Source of the DNA: Vulcanimicrobiota bacterium | GTDB lineage: Bacteria > Vulcanimicrobiota > Vulcanimicrobiia > Vulcanimicrobiales > Vulcanimicrobiaceae | Assembly (NCBI GenBank): GCA_963695225.1 | Contig: OY968762.1 | Location: 1,184,001-1,248,000, forward strand | Reading direction: 5' to 3' | Length of the DNA stretch: 64,000 nt | Shown here: positions 45,819 through 55,996 of the stretch, in pieces | Layout: every line of letters starts with the position of its first letter | Numbering within the stretch: position 1 is the stretch's first letter | Program-made: the position numbers and the translations under genes | The notes under the pieces: model-generated | Database searches by the model: none | Told to the model about the DNA's origin: nothing | What the model saw: the letters and a program-made list of their open reading frames with translations, nothing else

Positions 45819-47501
45819 TCACATTCCGGTGTAGACGGGGCCCTCGCCGCCCTGCGGCGGCACCCACGTGATGATCTGATACGGATCCATGATGTCGCAC
45901 GTCTTGCAGTGCACGCAATTCGAGAAGTTCAACTGCAGGCGCGCCTCGGGATCGGGCGTTCCGTCCGGCAACTTGAACATCGGTTCGTAGACTTTCGCCG
46001 GACAGAAATACTGGCATGGATTCCCGTATTCCACGGTGCAGCGGTCCTTGCAGATCGACGTATCGGAGACGTGCAGATGGCAGACCTGATCTTCATCGTG
46101 CATCGTCCCGCTGTTGAAGACGTCCGTCAGTTTGTCGAACGTGAGGACGTTGTCGATCTTCGCGCGTAGCGTCGACTGTATGGGAGCGCGCTCCGAGAGC
46201 TGCTTCATCTGCGCGTAGCCATCGTGGTTGTAGAGGCGCTCCTGCACGCCGAACGCCCGGCCTCCCGCGTACATGCCGAGCCCGTTGGCGATCAAACCCG
46301 CGAACAGGCCGCCGTTGAATGCGGCGTGGAAGTTGCGCCCCTTATAGAGCTCGGCGTAGGCCCACGAGTCGGCAAAGCGGCGCGCGAACGAGCCCAGCGT
46401 CGCGGCGTCCGTATTCTCGGCAAGGATCGCGTCGAACGCGGTCTCCGCGGCGAGCATCCCGGACTTGATCGCAAGGTGGATGCCCTTGAGCCTCATGCCG
46501 TTGAGGAAGCCGGCGGAATCGCCGACGATCAGGAGCCCGTCCGCGTAGTTGCGCGGCATCGAGAACAGCCCGCCCTCGGGGATCGCCTTCGCGCCGTACC
46601 GCAGCAACTTCGCACCCGCCAGCATCGGCGCGATCGCCGGATGCTGCTTGTAGCGCTGGAAGAGGTCGTGCGGGTCCGTCGTGGGGTCGGCATAGTCGAG
46701 CCCGATTACGAGGCCGATGTCGAGGATGTCGTTCTTCATCCCGTAGATGAAGCCGCCGCCGAACGTATCGTTCGGCAACGGGTGGCCCATCGTATGGATC
46801 ACGCTCCCGGCCTTGACCGACCCCGGCGCGCACTGCCACAGTTCCTTGACGCCGACGGCGTAGACTTGCGGATCGACGCCCTTATCGAGGTGGAGTCTCC
46901 CGATCGCCTGCTTGGCGAGCGTCCCGCGCGGCCCTTCGGCGAGGATGACGACTTTCGCCAGCAGGTCGGGGCCGGGCTCGAAATTCGATTTCGGCTTTCC
47001 GTCGTGTCCGACGCCCTTATCGCCGACGCGAACGCCGATCACGCGCGGAGTTCCCCCACCCTCCTCGGACCAGAGCAGCTCCTGCCCGGGGAAGGCCGGG
47101 AAGACGTCGGCGCCGAGGCCTTCCGCCGTCTCTCCGAGCCACCTCGAGAGCTTCTGCAGGCTCGCTACGAACTTGCCTTCGTTCTTCATCATCGGGGGCA
47201 GGAACGGCGCCGCGATCTTCCCGGAAGACGTCAGATACCAGAGCGCATCGTAACCGACGGCCCCTTCGAGGGGCGCCGTCGCCTTCCAACCGGGGAGCAA
47301 CTCGTCGAGCGCGCGCGGATCGAGGACGGCGCCGGAGATCCCGTGGTTACCGATCTCCCCGCCCTTCTCGATCACCATGACCGAGAGGTCGTCCTTGCCC
47401 TTCTCCGCCGCGAGTTGGCGCAGGCGAATCGCGGCGGCAAGCCCGGCCGGGCCGCCTCCCACGATGAGAACGTCGACTTCGAGTTGATCGCGATCCGGCA
47501 C
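45819..47501 (-). CDS. Electron transfer flavoprotein-quinone oxidoreductase
   Basis: GGGPAG, SGAVLDP, GVKELW, KGIHLAIKSG, FCPAKVYE, NCVHCKTCDIMDP. Confidence 0.93.
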   Translation of the reverse strand: MPDRDQLEVDVLIVGGGPAGLAAAIRLRQLAAEKGKDDLSVMVIEKGGEIGNHGISGAVLDPRALDELLPGWKATAPLEGAVGYDALWYLTSSGKIAAPFLPPMMKNEGKFVASLQKLSRWLGETAEGLGADVFPAFPGQELLWSEEGGGTPRVIGVRVGDKGVGHDGKPKSNFEPGPDLLAKVVILAEGPRGTLAKQAIGRLHLDKGVDPQVYAVGVKELWQCAPGSVKAGSVIHTMGHPLPNDTFGGGFIYGMKNDILDIGLVIGLDYADPTTDPHDLFQRYKQHPAIAPMLAGAKLLRYGAKAIPEGGLFSMPRNYADGLLIVGDSAGFLNGMRLKGIHLAIKSGMLAAETAFDAILAENTDAATLGSFARRFADSWAYAELYKGRNFHAAFNGGLFAGLIANGLGMYAGGRAFGVQERLYNHDGYAQMKQLSERAPIQSTLRAKIDNVLTFDKLTDVFNSGTMHDEDQVCHLHVSDTSICKDRCTVEYGNPCQYFCPAKVYEPMFKLPDGTPDPEARLQLNFSNCVHCKTCDIMDPYQIITWVPPQGGEGPVYTGM

Positions 47502-47745
47502 GGTAATACGGTCCTCGACAAGATTGCTTGCGAATTGCAAGCGATTTCACGCGCGACGAACGCGCGCTCCTTTTTGCTTGGACGGCGGCACGGCGCTTAC
47601 CCGCAGGCGTTCGGCGCGCGCGCACGGACGAAGGCGAAAGCGAACTTGCAAGGTTGCCCTGATCGAGTGCAAGATCTACATTGGGGCGAAAAGGCGCTCC
47701 CCGCACTTCATATTCTCACAGTGCTTATATCGGAGGCACCCTTTC

Positions 47746-48921
47746 GTGCGACACGCGTACTTGACGGCGATCTGTGCGGCTCTAACCGCGTTCGCTTCGT
47801 CCGGATCGATGCAGCAGCCGGCATTCGCCGCCACGACCCGGGCAGCAATCCAAGTGGCCGACGCATATACCGGCATCGACCTTCCCGGCGGCATCATCTT
47901 CAACACGATGAACACTTCCGGCGTCCGCAACCGGCCGACGCAGCCCGCGACGTTCGACGTGACGCGCCCCGTCACGCTCACCGGTATCATCACCTATCAC
48001 TGGAACGATGGCCTCGGCGCAATGCCGGGTACCATCGCATTGCGCGGCCCCGGCGGGACGCTCTACGGACCCTGGCAAGCCGCCGGAGCGCCCGGTTCGG
48101 GCGGCGTCCACAACGCCTTCTGGTACGTCCAGCCCGGCATCCGTCTGCAACCCGGAACCTATAGGATTATCGACAGCGAGCCGGCGACGTGGTCGCAAGA
48201 CGACGAATCCGGCAATCGCGGAATGGGCGAAGTCCTCGCGAGCGCGCCGCAAGCAACACCGACGGGAGACTCCGGCATGCGAAGCAGTTCCGGCGGCAGC
48301 GACTGGAGCGCGCAAGCGGACAAGTTCCGCGGACAGAACGGCGCGCGCTACACGTATTCCTGTCCCGCCGGCGGCACACCGAGTGGAAGACTATGGGGAA
48401 CCGATCTCTACACCGACGACAGCAGCGTTTGCACCGCTGCCGTGCACGCAGGTCTGATCGGCGCCGCGCAAGGCGGCACCGTCGTCATCGAGATCCGATC
48501 CGGCGCGGCAGCCTACACGGGCTCGACGCGCAACGGCGTCTCGAGCCGCGACTACGGCACTTGGTCCGGCAGCTTCGCCTTCGTCGGAGCGTCCTCGGGC
48601 CGGCGTTCTCAGACGAATAACGGCGGCAGCGACTGGAGCGCGCAAGCGGACAGATTCCGCGGACAGAACGGAGCGCGCTACTCGTATTCCTGCCCCGCCG
48701 GCGGTACCCCGAGTGGAAGACTATGGGGAACCGATCTCTACACCGACGACAGCAGCGTTTGCACCGCTGCCGTGCACGCAGGTCTGATCGGCGCCGCGCA
48801 AGGCGGCACCGTCGTCATCGAGATCCGATCCGGCGCGGCAGCCTACACGGGCTCGACGCGCAACGGCGTCTCGAGCCGCGACTACGGCAATTGGTCCGGC
48901 AGCTTCGCCTTCGTGCGCTAA
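47746..48921 (+). CDS. Secreted protein with N-terminal beta domain and two tandem LCCL domains
   Basis: RBS GGAGG, signal peptide; 2x CPAGG...WGTDLYTDDSSVCTAAVHAG...YTGSTRNGVSS. Confidence 0.85.
   Translation: MRHAYLTAICAALTAFASSGSMQQPAFAATTRAAIQVADAYTGIDLPGGIIFNTMNTSGVRNRPTQPATFDVTRPVTLTGIITYHWNDGLGAMPGTIALRGPGGTLYGPWQAAGAPGSGGVHNAFWYVQPGIRLQPGTYRIIDSEPATWSQDDESGNRGMGEVLASAPQATPTGDSGMRSSSGGSDWSAQADKFRGQNGARYTYSCPAGGTPSGRLWGTDLYTDDSSVCTAAVHAGLIGAAQGGTVVIEIRSGAAAYTGSTRNGVSSRDYGTWSGSFAFVGASSGRRSQTNNGGSDWSAQADRFRGQNGARYSYSCPAGGTPSGRLWGTDLYTDDSSVCTAAVHAGLIGAAQGGTVVIEIRSGAAAYTGSTRNGVSSRDYGNWSGSFAFVR
48291..48914 (+). repeat. Near-identical intragenic direct repeat (48291-48584 and 48621-48914; period 330 bp)
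   Basis: About 8 mismatches in 294 bp by manual comparison. Confidence 0.95.
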
Positions 48922-49005
48922 CGGCGAGCGGGCGGTCGGCGAGGGTCGCGAAAGCGCCCTCGCCCGCCGCCGGCACCGCTTGGAATCGCGGGCTGCAGCA
49001 AGTCT

Positions 49006-49866
49006 TCAGAACTCGTGCTCCGGCCGCTCGTCGCTTACGTTCGCACCGATGCGATCGGGTGGAGCGTAGGGCGCCGCTGCGATGTCGGTGAAACGGCCCG
49101 CCGCGAGCTTGCGCACGCGCACGTCGTCGAGACGCGACCCCGGCAGCACGCTCCAGCTCGAAGCGACGATCGCACCCGTGGAATCGGCGTAGAGGCGGAA
49201 GATGCCGCGGCCGACGCCCGTTCCGTGCCGCGCCGGCGTCCCGCGCGTATCCGCGAGGCCGTGCACGGAATGCGACGAGTCGATCACCGTCACCGCATAC
49301 TGCCGCGTGCCGTCGAGCAGCGGCGCGGTCGATTCGCGCAGTTCCGGCAGCGCGGCGACGACCATCACGTGCCCGGTCGAGCCGCTCCCCGGAGGATAAG
49401 AGAGCGCGATGACGTCGCCACGCCGAATTTCGCCGACGGTGGAGAGGCGCGCGAACCCGCGTTGCGCCACGATCGCCTCGTAGTAGTCGCGCGCGTGCGG
49501 ATTCCGCTTCCCGGTCAGCGCCGCGAGCCGGTCCGGCGTAATGCCGTAGACGCGTTCGAGGAGATGTGAAAGGAACGAACTGCATACGCTCCGGTTCCGC
49601 GCCGCGATCCCGGCTGCAGGATCGGCCCATAGGACCTCGGTCGGGTGCGAACCGTAGACGTTCCGTTCCGGTGTAAGCTCGGCGACGAGCTCCTCCGCCG
49701 CGCGGGCCAACCGTTCGAGGCCCGCCCCTTCGGCTGCCGGCGCGGCGGGCGCGCCGGAGGCGTTCGGCGCTGCCGAGCCGGCGGTGATAGCGCAGGTCAC
49801 GGCCAGCGCGAGTGACGACAGCGCCGCGAGCGCAACCCGGACGGCGAACGGCTTCTTCAGTGTCAT
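49006..49866 (-). CDS. Secreted protein, putative papain-like (NlpC/P60-related) Cys-His hydrolase
   Basis: Signal peptide; VCSSFL, RRGDVIA, TGHVMVV, VIDSS. Confidence 0.65.
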   Translation of the reverse strand: MTLKKPFAVRVALAALSSLALAVTCAITAGSAAPNASGAPAAPAAEGAGLERLARAAEELVAELTPERNVYGSHPTEVLWADPAAGIAARNRSVCSSFLSHLLERVYGITPDRLAALTGKRNPHARDYYEAIVAQRGFARLSTVGEIRRGDVIALSYPPGSGSTGHVMVVAALPELRESTAPLLDGTRQYAVTVIDSSHSVHGLADTRGTPARHGTGVGRGIFRLYADSTGAIVASSWSVLPGSRLDDVRVRKLAAGRFTDIAAAPYAPPDRIGANVSDERPEHEF

Positions 49867-49967
49867 GGAACGAAGGTACCGGAGCACAGGGGCCCGCTCC
49901 CGTTGCTTCATCTCGAATTAACCCGGCGCCGACGCGGATTTCGGCCCTCGAATCCGAATCGGAGCGC

Positions 49968-51242
<1,275 letters not shown>

Positions 51243-51287
51243 GCCGTGGCCGCAGCGCCGGCGGCGGACAGCGCCAGGAGCATGGTC

Positions 51288-52427
51288 GTGGATCGTACGG
51301 CGCTTCGAGTGTTGAGCAACTGCGCGGCGGCCCTTGTCGCCGCGTGCCTAGCCGCCTCGGCCGCGGAGCCCGCGAAGCCCGTGAAGCCCGTGAAGCCCGT
51401 GAAGCCCGTCGAGATCATCGCCAAGGCGCGCTTCACGCAGCACACGTCTGCCGGCGATGCAACCATTCCTATCGATGTCTCCGCGGATTTGGGAACGGTG
51501 CATCCCGAAATAACGCGTGCCGTTCTCATCTTCCACGGAAAGGGGCGCGATGCGGAGGGTTATTATCATGACCTCGAGCGCGCGGCAGGCGTTGCGGGGC
51601 AGGCTGCTCGCACGATTCTGATCGCTCCGCAGTTCTTGCGCGAAGAAGACGTTCGGGCTCATCATTTGCCGAGCCAGGTTCTCCGCTGGCATGAGGGCTC
51701 GTGGACGGCGGGGCTCCCCGCAGCGGCGCCACAGCCGCTGAGCACGTTCGAGATCATCGACGCGCTGCTTGGGGTTCTCGGCGATCGCAGGACGTTTCCC
51801 AATCTCAGCGGAGTCGTGCTCTTCGGACACTCCGCCGGCGGGCAACTCCTCAATCGCTATGCCATCGTGGGCCGCGAGCCGCAAACGCTCTCGGCTGCCG
51901 GGTTACACGTTCGCTTTGTCATTGCGAACCCGTCATCGTATTTCTATTTCAACGACGAGCGTCCGCAGCCGGATGGATCGTTTGCTGCCTTCCGCCGCGA
52001 ACGCTGCCCCCGCTTCGATCGCTGGCGCTACGGACCCGAGAACGCGCCGCCGTACGTCGAAGACACCTCAGCCCGCGCATGGGCCGAGCGGGAATCGGCG
52101 TATGCACGAGCCGACGTGACCTATCTGCTGGGAACGGCGGACACCGATCCGGCTCAAGTTGACTTGGATACGTCATGCGCCGGCGAAGCGCAAGGGCCGG
52201 AAAGACTCGAGCGCGGCAAGGCCTATTTCCGCTATTTGCTGAGCCGCCATCCTTCGGATTTTCGGGGGCACCTGTGGTTCGTACCGGGCGTTGGGCATAC
52301 GGGCCGCAAAATGGTAGAATCGGCATGCGGAATCGCGGCCGTCTTCGACGCCGGAACCTGTGCGACGAAGGCCCGCGCCTACGGCTTCCCCGGGCGGCCA
52401 GCTTCCAGCGCGCGCATCATTCCGTAA
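51288..52427 (+). CDS. Secreted alpha/beta hydrolase
   Basis: IFHG, APQF, GHSAGGQ, ANPSSY, GTAD, VPGVGH; GTG 7 nt after AGGAG. Confidence 0.82.
   Translation: MDRTALRVLSNCAAALVAACLAASAAEPAKPVKPVKPVKPVEIIAKARFTQHTSAGDATIPIDVSADLGTVHPEITRAVLIFHGKGRDAEGYYHDLERAAGVAGQAARTILIAPQFLREEDVRAHHLPSQVLRWHEGSWTAGLPAAAPQPLSTFEIIDALLGVLGDRRTFPNLSGVVLFGHSAGGQLLNRYAIVGREPQTLSAAGLHVRFVIANPSSYFYFNDERPQPDGSFAAFRRERCPRFDRWRYGPENAPPYVEDTSARAWAERESAYARADVTYLLGTADTDPAQVDLDTSCAGEAQGPERLERGKAYFRYLLSRHPSDFRGHLWFVPGVGHTGRKMVESACGIAAVFDAGTCATKARAYGFPGRPASSARIIP
51375..51410 (+). repeat. 9-bp in-frame tandem repeat (AAGCCCGTG)x3 plus AAGCCCGTC, encoding (KPV)4
   Basis: Directly visible. Confidence 0.9.
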
Positions 52428-52657
52428 AGGCCGAGCACGAGCGGGCCCGCGATCAGGAGCAGCGAGAGGAGCGGCTGCGTCTCGCCGAACTTGTGCGTGA
52501 CGAAGAGAGCCCACGGGAAGAGGAACGCGCAGAGCACGACCGCACCGGCGATCGTGCGCTGGAACTGCGGCCACGACCACGTGCCGTCGCGCCGCGCTTG
52601 CTGGTAAACCGTGAAGCCCACGATGCAAACGATCCCGAGCAAGAGCAGCCCGCTCAC
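52379..52657 (-). CDS. Small three-TM membrane protein
   Basis: Three hydrophobic segments; GTGA overlap with upstream peptidase. Confidence 0.7.
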   Translation of the reverse strand: MSGLLLLGIVCIVGFTVYQQARRDGTWSWPQFQRTIAGAVVLCAFLFPWALFVTHKFGETQPLLSLLLIAGPLVLGLYGMMRALEAGRPGKP

Positions 52658-53448
52658 GAGCGCGCCTCCGCGGGCGCGAGCGCCGCTAGTTCGGCGAGCG
52701 CCGCGACGACGGTGACCCGATGCATGGCGATGCGTTCATCCCACGGCCGTTTTCGCGCGGATTCGATCGTTAGCGTGCGCGCGGCCCTGCGCCCCTGCAT
52801 GAAGATGCTGTAGGTCAGCCGGCCCTCGAAATGGCGCGAGAGCTTCGAGGTCCCGGTGACGACCCGCCCGCGTTCGAGCCGGTACGCATCCTCGGCGCCC
52901 GGCGGGTACGCGAGATCGAAACCCGCGTGCCAGTTCTGAATCGGGAGCCCCGCTTCGTCGAGAGCGCGCACGAGCGCGGGGCCGAGCGGCGGCCCGTCGA
53001 CTTCGGCTTCGTAGAAGTAGCAGCCGTCGGCTTCGTAATCCTCATGCAAGTCGATCGAGAGCTCGAAACGGCGGTCGCGATTCGCCGTGACGATCGCACG
53101 CGACTCGGGCGAAGTCCCGCCGGCGCTGAAGGTGCGGTTGATGTCCTGTCCCTCCGCGTTCGCGCGCGTCCCGGCAGCGTATCCGCTCGGATTCGTGCAG
53201 GCCCACACGCGGTACGCATACCGCGGATCGAGCAACCCGTCGCGCACGAGCGAGAGCAGCGACCACGGGCTCGCCGGCTCGTCGCCGTGGACCCCCGCCG
53301 CCAGCGTGACGAGCGGACGGCCGGCCTCGCCGAAATCGCAGCAGAGCAGCGTCCGCTGCGCACCCGGACACGCGACCTCGCGCACGGCCACGCCGTGCGT
53401 CGAACGCAATTCCTTCCAGGCGGCCACGAGTTCGTCGTACGGTCCCAT
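52654..53448 (-). CDS. M14 zinc carboxypeptidase/desuccinylase family (MpaA-like)
   Basis: GVHGDE, NPSG, DINR, IDLHE, TIES. Confidence 0.85.
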   Translation of the reverse strand: MGPYDELVAAWKELRSTHGVAVREVACPGAQRTLLCCDFGEAGRPLVTLAAGVHGDEPASPWSLLSLVRDGLLDPRYAYRVWACTNPSGYAAGTRANAEGQDINRTFSAGGTSPESRAIVTANRDRRFELSIDLHEDYEADGCYFYEAEVDGPPLGPALVRALDEAGLPIQNWHAGFDLAYPPGAEDAYRLERGRVVTGTSKLSRHFEGRLTYSIFMQGRRAARTLTIESARKRPWDERIAMHRVTVVAALAELAALAPAEARS

Positions 53449-53498
53449 GCGTTTGTCGTTTCGCTCCCGGGGACGCGTTGCCCGCGTGCCGGCCCGGA

Positions 53499-54788
53499 TC
53501 ACACGCCCTTCGGGATCGCGCCGCGCAGCGAAGCGTCGAGGATTTCGATCGGATGCGCCGCGGCGAGCGAGAGCCCGCGGCGCGCGAGGATCGCTTGGAT
53601 CTGCAAGGTGCAGCCGGGATTCGCGCTCGCGAGCAGATCCGCCCCGACGGAGAGCACGTTCTCGACCTTCCGTTCCCCGATCTCGTTCGCGCTCTCCGGC
53701 TGCAGCAGGTTGTAGACGCCCGCGCTCCCGCAACACTGATCGCCGTCGGGAATCTCGCACAGCTCGAGCTCCGGGATCGCACGGAGCAGAGCGCGCGGGG
53801 CGCTGCGGATGCCCTGCGCGTGCGCGAGATGGCACGCATCGTGATACGCGACACGCGCCCGGATCGGGCGGCGCTCCGCGCGCGGTTCGACGCCCGCGAG
53901 GAATTCCGAGATGTCCTTGACTTTTGCGGAGAACGCCGCCGCACGTTCGGCGAAGGCGGGCTCGCCCGCGAAGAGCTCGCCGTACTCCTTGAGCGTCGAG
54001 CCGCACCCCGCGGCGTTGATCAGGATCGTCTCGACGCCGCACTTCTCGAAACGTTCGATCAGGTCGCGCGCGAAACGCTTCGCCTCGCCGGCCCGACCCG
54101 CGTGCAACGAGAGCGCCCCGCAACAGCCTTGGTTAGGCGGGATCTCGACATCGAAGCCCTCCGCCGTAAGGACGCGCACGGTCGCCGCGTTCACGTTCGG
54201 GAAGAACGTGCGCTGCACGCAACCGGCGACGAGGCCGACGCGTCCGCGCGAGCTCCCTCGCGCCGGCGTGTGCTGCGGGAGCGCCGCGCCCATCTCGCCG
54301 AGGTCGACCGGCGGCATCAACGCCTCGAGTTGCGCGAGCCCGCTCGGCAGCCGCCGCTGCCAGCCGGTGCGCCGCAGCGCGCCCTGCAGGCCGCTCTTCG
54401 CGAACAGCGCGAGCGCCGGCGCAAGCGCGCGCAAGCGCGCCGGGTACGGAAACAACGAGAAGATCATCTCGCGAAACGAGCTCTCGGATGCCGGCCGCGC
54501 CTTGCGTTCTTCGATCTTCGTGCGCGTCGCTTCGATGAGCTTGTCGTACTCGACGCCCGAGGGGCAGGCCGTCATGCAGGCCATGCACCCCAAGCACCGG
54601 TCGAAGTGAACCTGCGCCTCGCCGAGGTCGATGACGCCCTCTTCGATACCCCGCATCAAGTCGATGCGCCCGCGCGGCGAATCGGCCTCCGAGCCCCACG
54701 AGCGATACGTCGGGCAGGCGGGAAGGCAGAATCCGCAATGCACGCAGTCGTCCAGCAGGTCGGCCGCCGTGCGCGGCGCGTGTTCCAT
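53499..54788 (-). CDS. glcF: Glycolate/D-2-hydroxyacid oxidase Fe-S subunit
   Basis: CVHCGFCLPACP, CLGCMACMTACP, CCG domains, YHDACHL, ANPGC. Confidence 0.92.
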   Translation of the reverse strand: MEHAPRTAADLLDDCVHCGFCLPACPTYRSWGSEADSPRGRIDLMRGIEEGVIDLGEAQVHFDRCLGCMACMTACPSGVEYDKLIEATRTKIEERKARPASESSFREMIFSLFPYPARLRALAPALALFAKSGLQGALRRTGWQRRLPSGLAQLEALMPPVDLGEMGAALPQHTPARGSSRGRVGLVAGCVQRTFFPNVNAATVRVLTAEGFDVEIPPNQGCCGALSLHAGRAGEAKRFARDLIERFEKCGVETILINAAGCGSTLKEYGELFAGEPAFAERAAAFSAKVKDISEFLAGVEPRAERRPIRARVAYHDACHLAHAQGIRSAPRALLRAIPELELCEIPDGDQCCGSAGVYNLLQPESANEIGERKVENVLSVGADLLASANPGCTLQIQAILARRGLSLAAAHPIEILDASLRGAIPKGV

Positions 54789-55996
54789 CAGAGCCCGCCC
54801 ACGAAACGGCCGCGGTTGAGGCGGCGTTCCGGATCGAAGCGCAGTTTGAGCCCGTGCATCAATTCGATCGAAGGTGGAATCGCGCCGTAGACATCGCTCG
54901 CCGCCCGCACGGCGGGCGACGCGGAGAGCTGCACGAGCGTCCCGCCCGCGTCCGCGAGGATCGCGCGCGAGCGCGCGATCGAGGCAGCCAGCAGGTCCGC
55001 GTTCATCTCCTCGCCGGCGAGGTACGCGACGCCCGCCGCCGGGTAGATCGCGAGCGACGGCGCGCGCAAAGCAGCGCGCAGGGAGCGCAACGCGTACCGT
55101 TCGATTTGCATGAGGGCGGCGGGCGGGAACGCGATCTTCGCGCGCCAGTCTCCGCCGCTCCGCGCCGCGCGGTGCAGCGCGTCGAGCCGTTCCGCCGCGG
55201 CGTCGTCCGCGAGCTCCGCAGCGAGCCCAGCCGCCCGCGCGGCGGCGACGAGGCGCTCCGCTTGATCTTGGGCGCCGGCCGCGAAGCCCTCGAACGCGAC
55301 GTCGAGCGCCATCTCGCTTCCATCCTCCAGGGCGACGAGCGCGGCCGGTTCGTACTGCTCGCGCTCGAGCTGCGCGCACCAGCGGCGGACGTCCGAAACG
55401 GCGCAACCGCGGATCTCGACGCGGACGGTCCGTTCCGGCAGCGGATGCAGCCGGAACGTCGCGGCCGCGATCATCCCGAGCGTTCCCAGCGATCCGACGG
55501 CGAGCTTGGGCAGATCGAAACCGGCGACGTTCTTGACGACTTTCCCGCCGCCGCGCACGCGCGTCCCGTCCGCGCGAATCAGCGAGACGCCGACGATCAG
55601 GTCGCGCAGGCTGCCGTAGCGAACGCGCCGGGGGCCGCTCTGGTTCGTCGCGATCAAACCGCCGACGGTCGCGAGGGGCTCGGGAGGATCGAGCGCGAGC
55701 CGCTGGCCGTGCGGCGCCAGGAATGCCTGTAACGCGTCGAACCGGAGGCCGGCTTCGACCGTGACCGTCATATCGCCCGGCGCGTGGTCGACGACGCGGG
55801 CGAGTTCGCGCGTCTCGATCAGGACGCCGATGCCGTCCGGCGGATACCCGAGATCGATCTCCGTCCCGCTCCCGACGAACGCGACCCGCTCCCCGGCGGC
55901 GGAGGCTTCGCGCATGCACGCCTGCGCCTCGTCGAGCGTCGCCGGCGTCGCGACACGCTCCGCGACGACGCCGAGGATCGACTCCGTCCCGCTCAT
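54788..55996 (-). CDS. glcE: Glycolate oxidase FAD-binding subunit
   Basis: ATVGG, GGKVVKNVAGFDL, GSLGTLG, FDPERRLN. Confidence 0.88.
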   Translation of the reverse strand: MSGTESILGVVAERVATPATLDEAQACMREASAAGERVAFVGSGTEIDLGYPPDGIGVLIETRELARVVDHAPGDMTVTVEAGLRFDALQAFLAPHGQRLALDPPEPLATVGGLIATNQSGPRRVRYGSLRDLIVGVSLIRADGTRVRGGGKVVKNVAGFDLPKLAVGSLGTLGMIAAATFRLHPLPERTVRVEIRGCAVSDVRRWCAQLEREQYEPAALVALEDGSEMALDVAFEGFAAGAQDQAERLVAAARAAGLAAELADDAAAERLDALHRAARSGGDWRAKIAFPPAALMQIERYALRSLRAALRAPSLAIYPAAGVAYLAGEEMNADLLAASIARSRAILADAGGTLVQLSASPAVRAASDVYGAIPPSIELMHGLKLRFDPERRLNRGRFVGGL

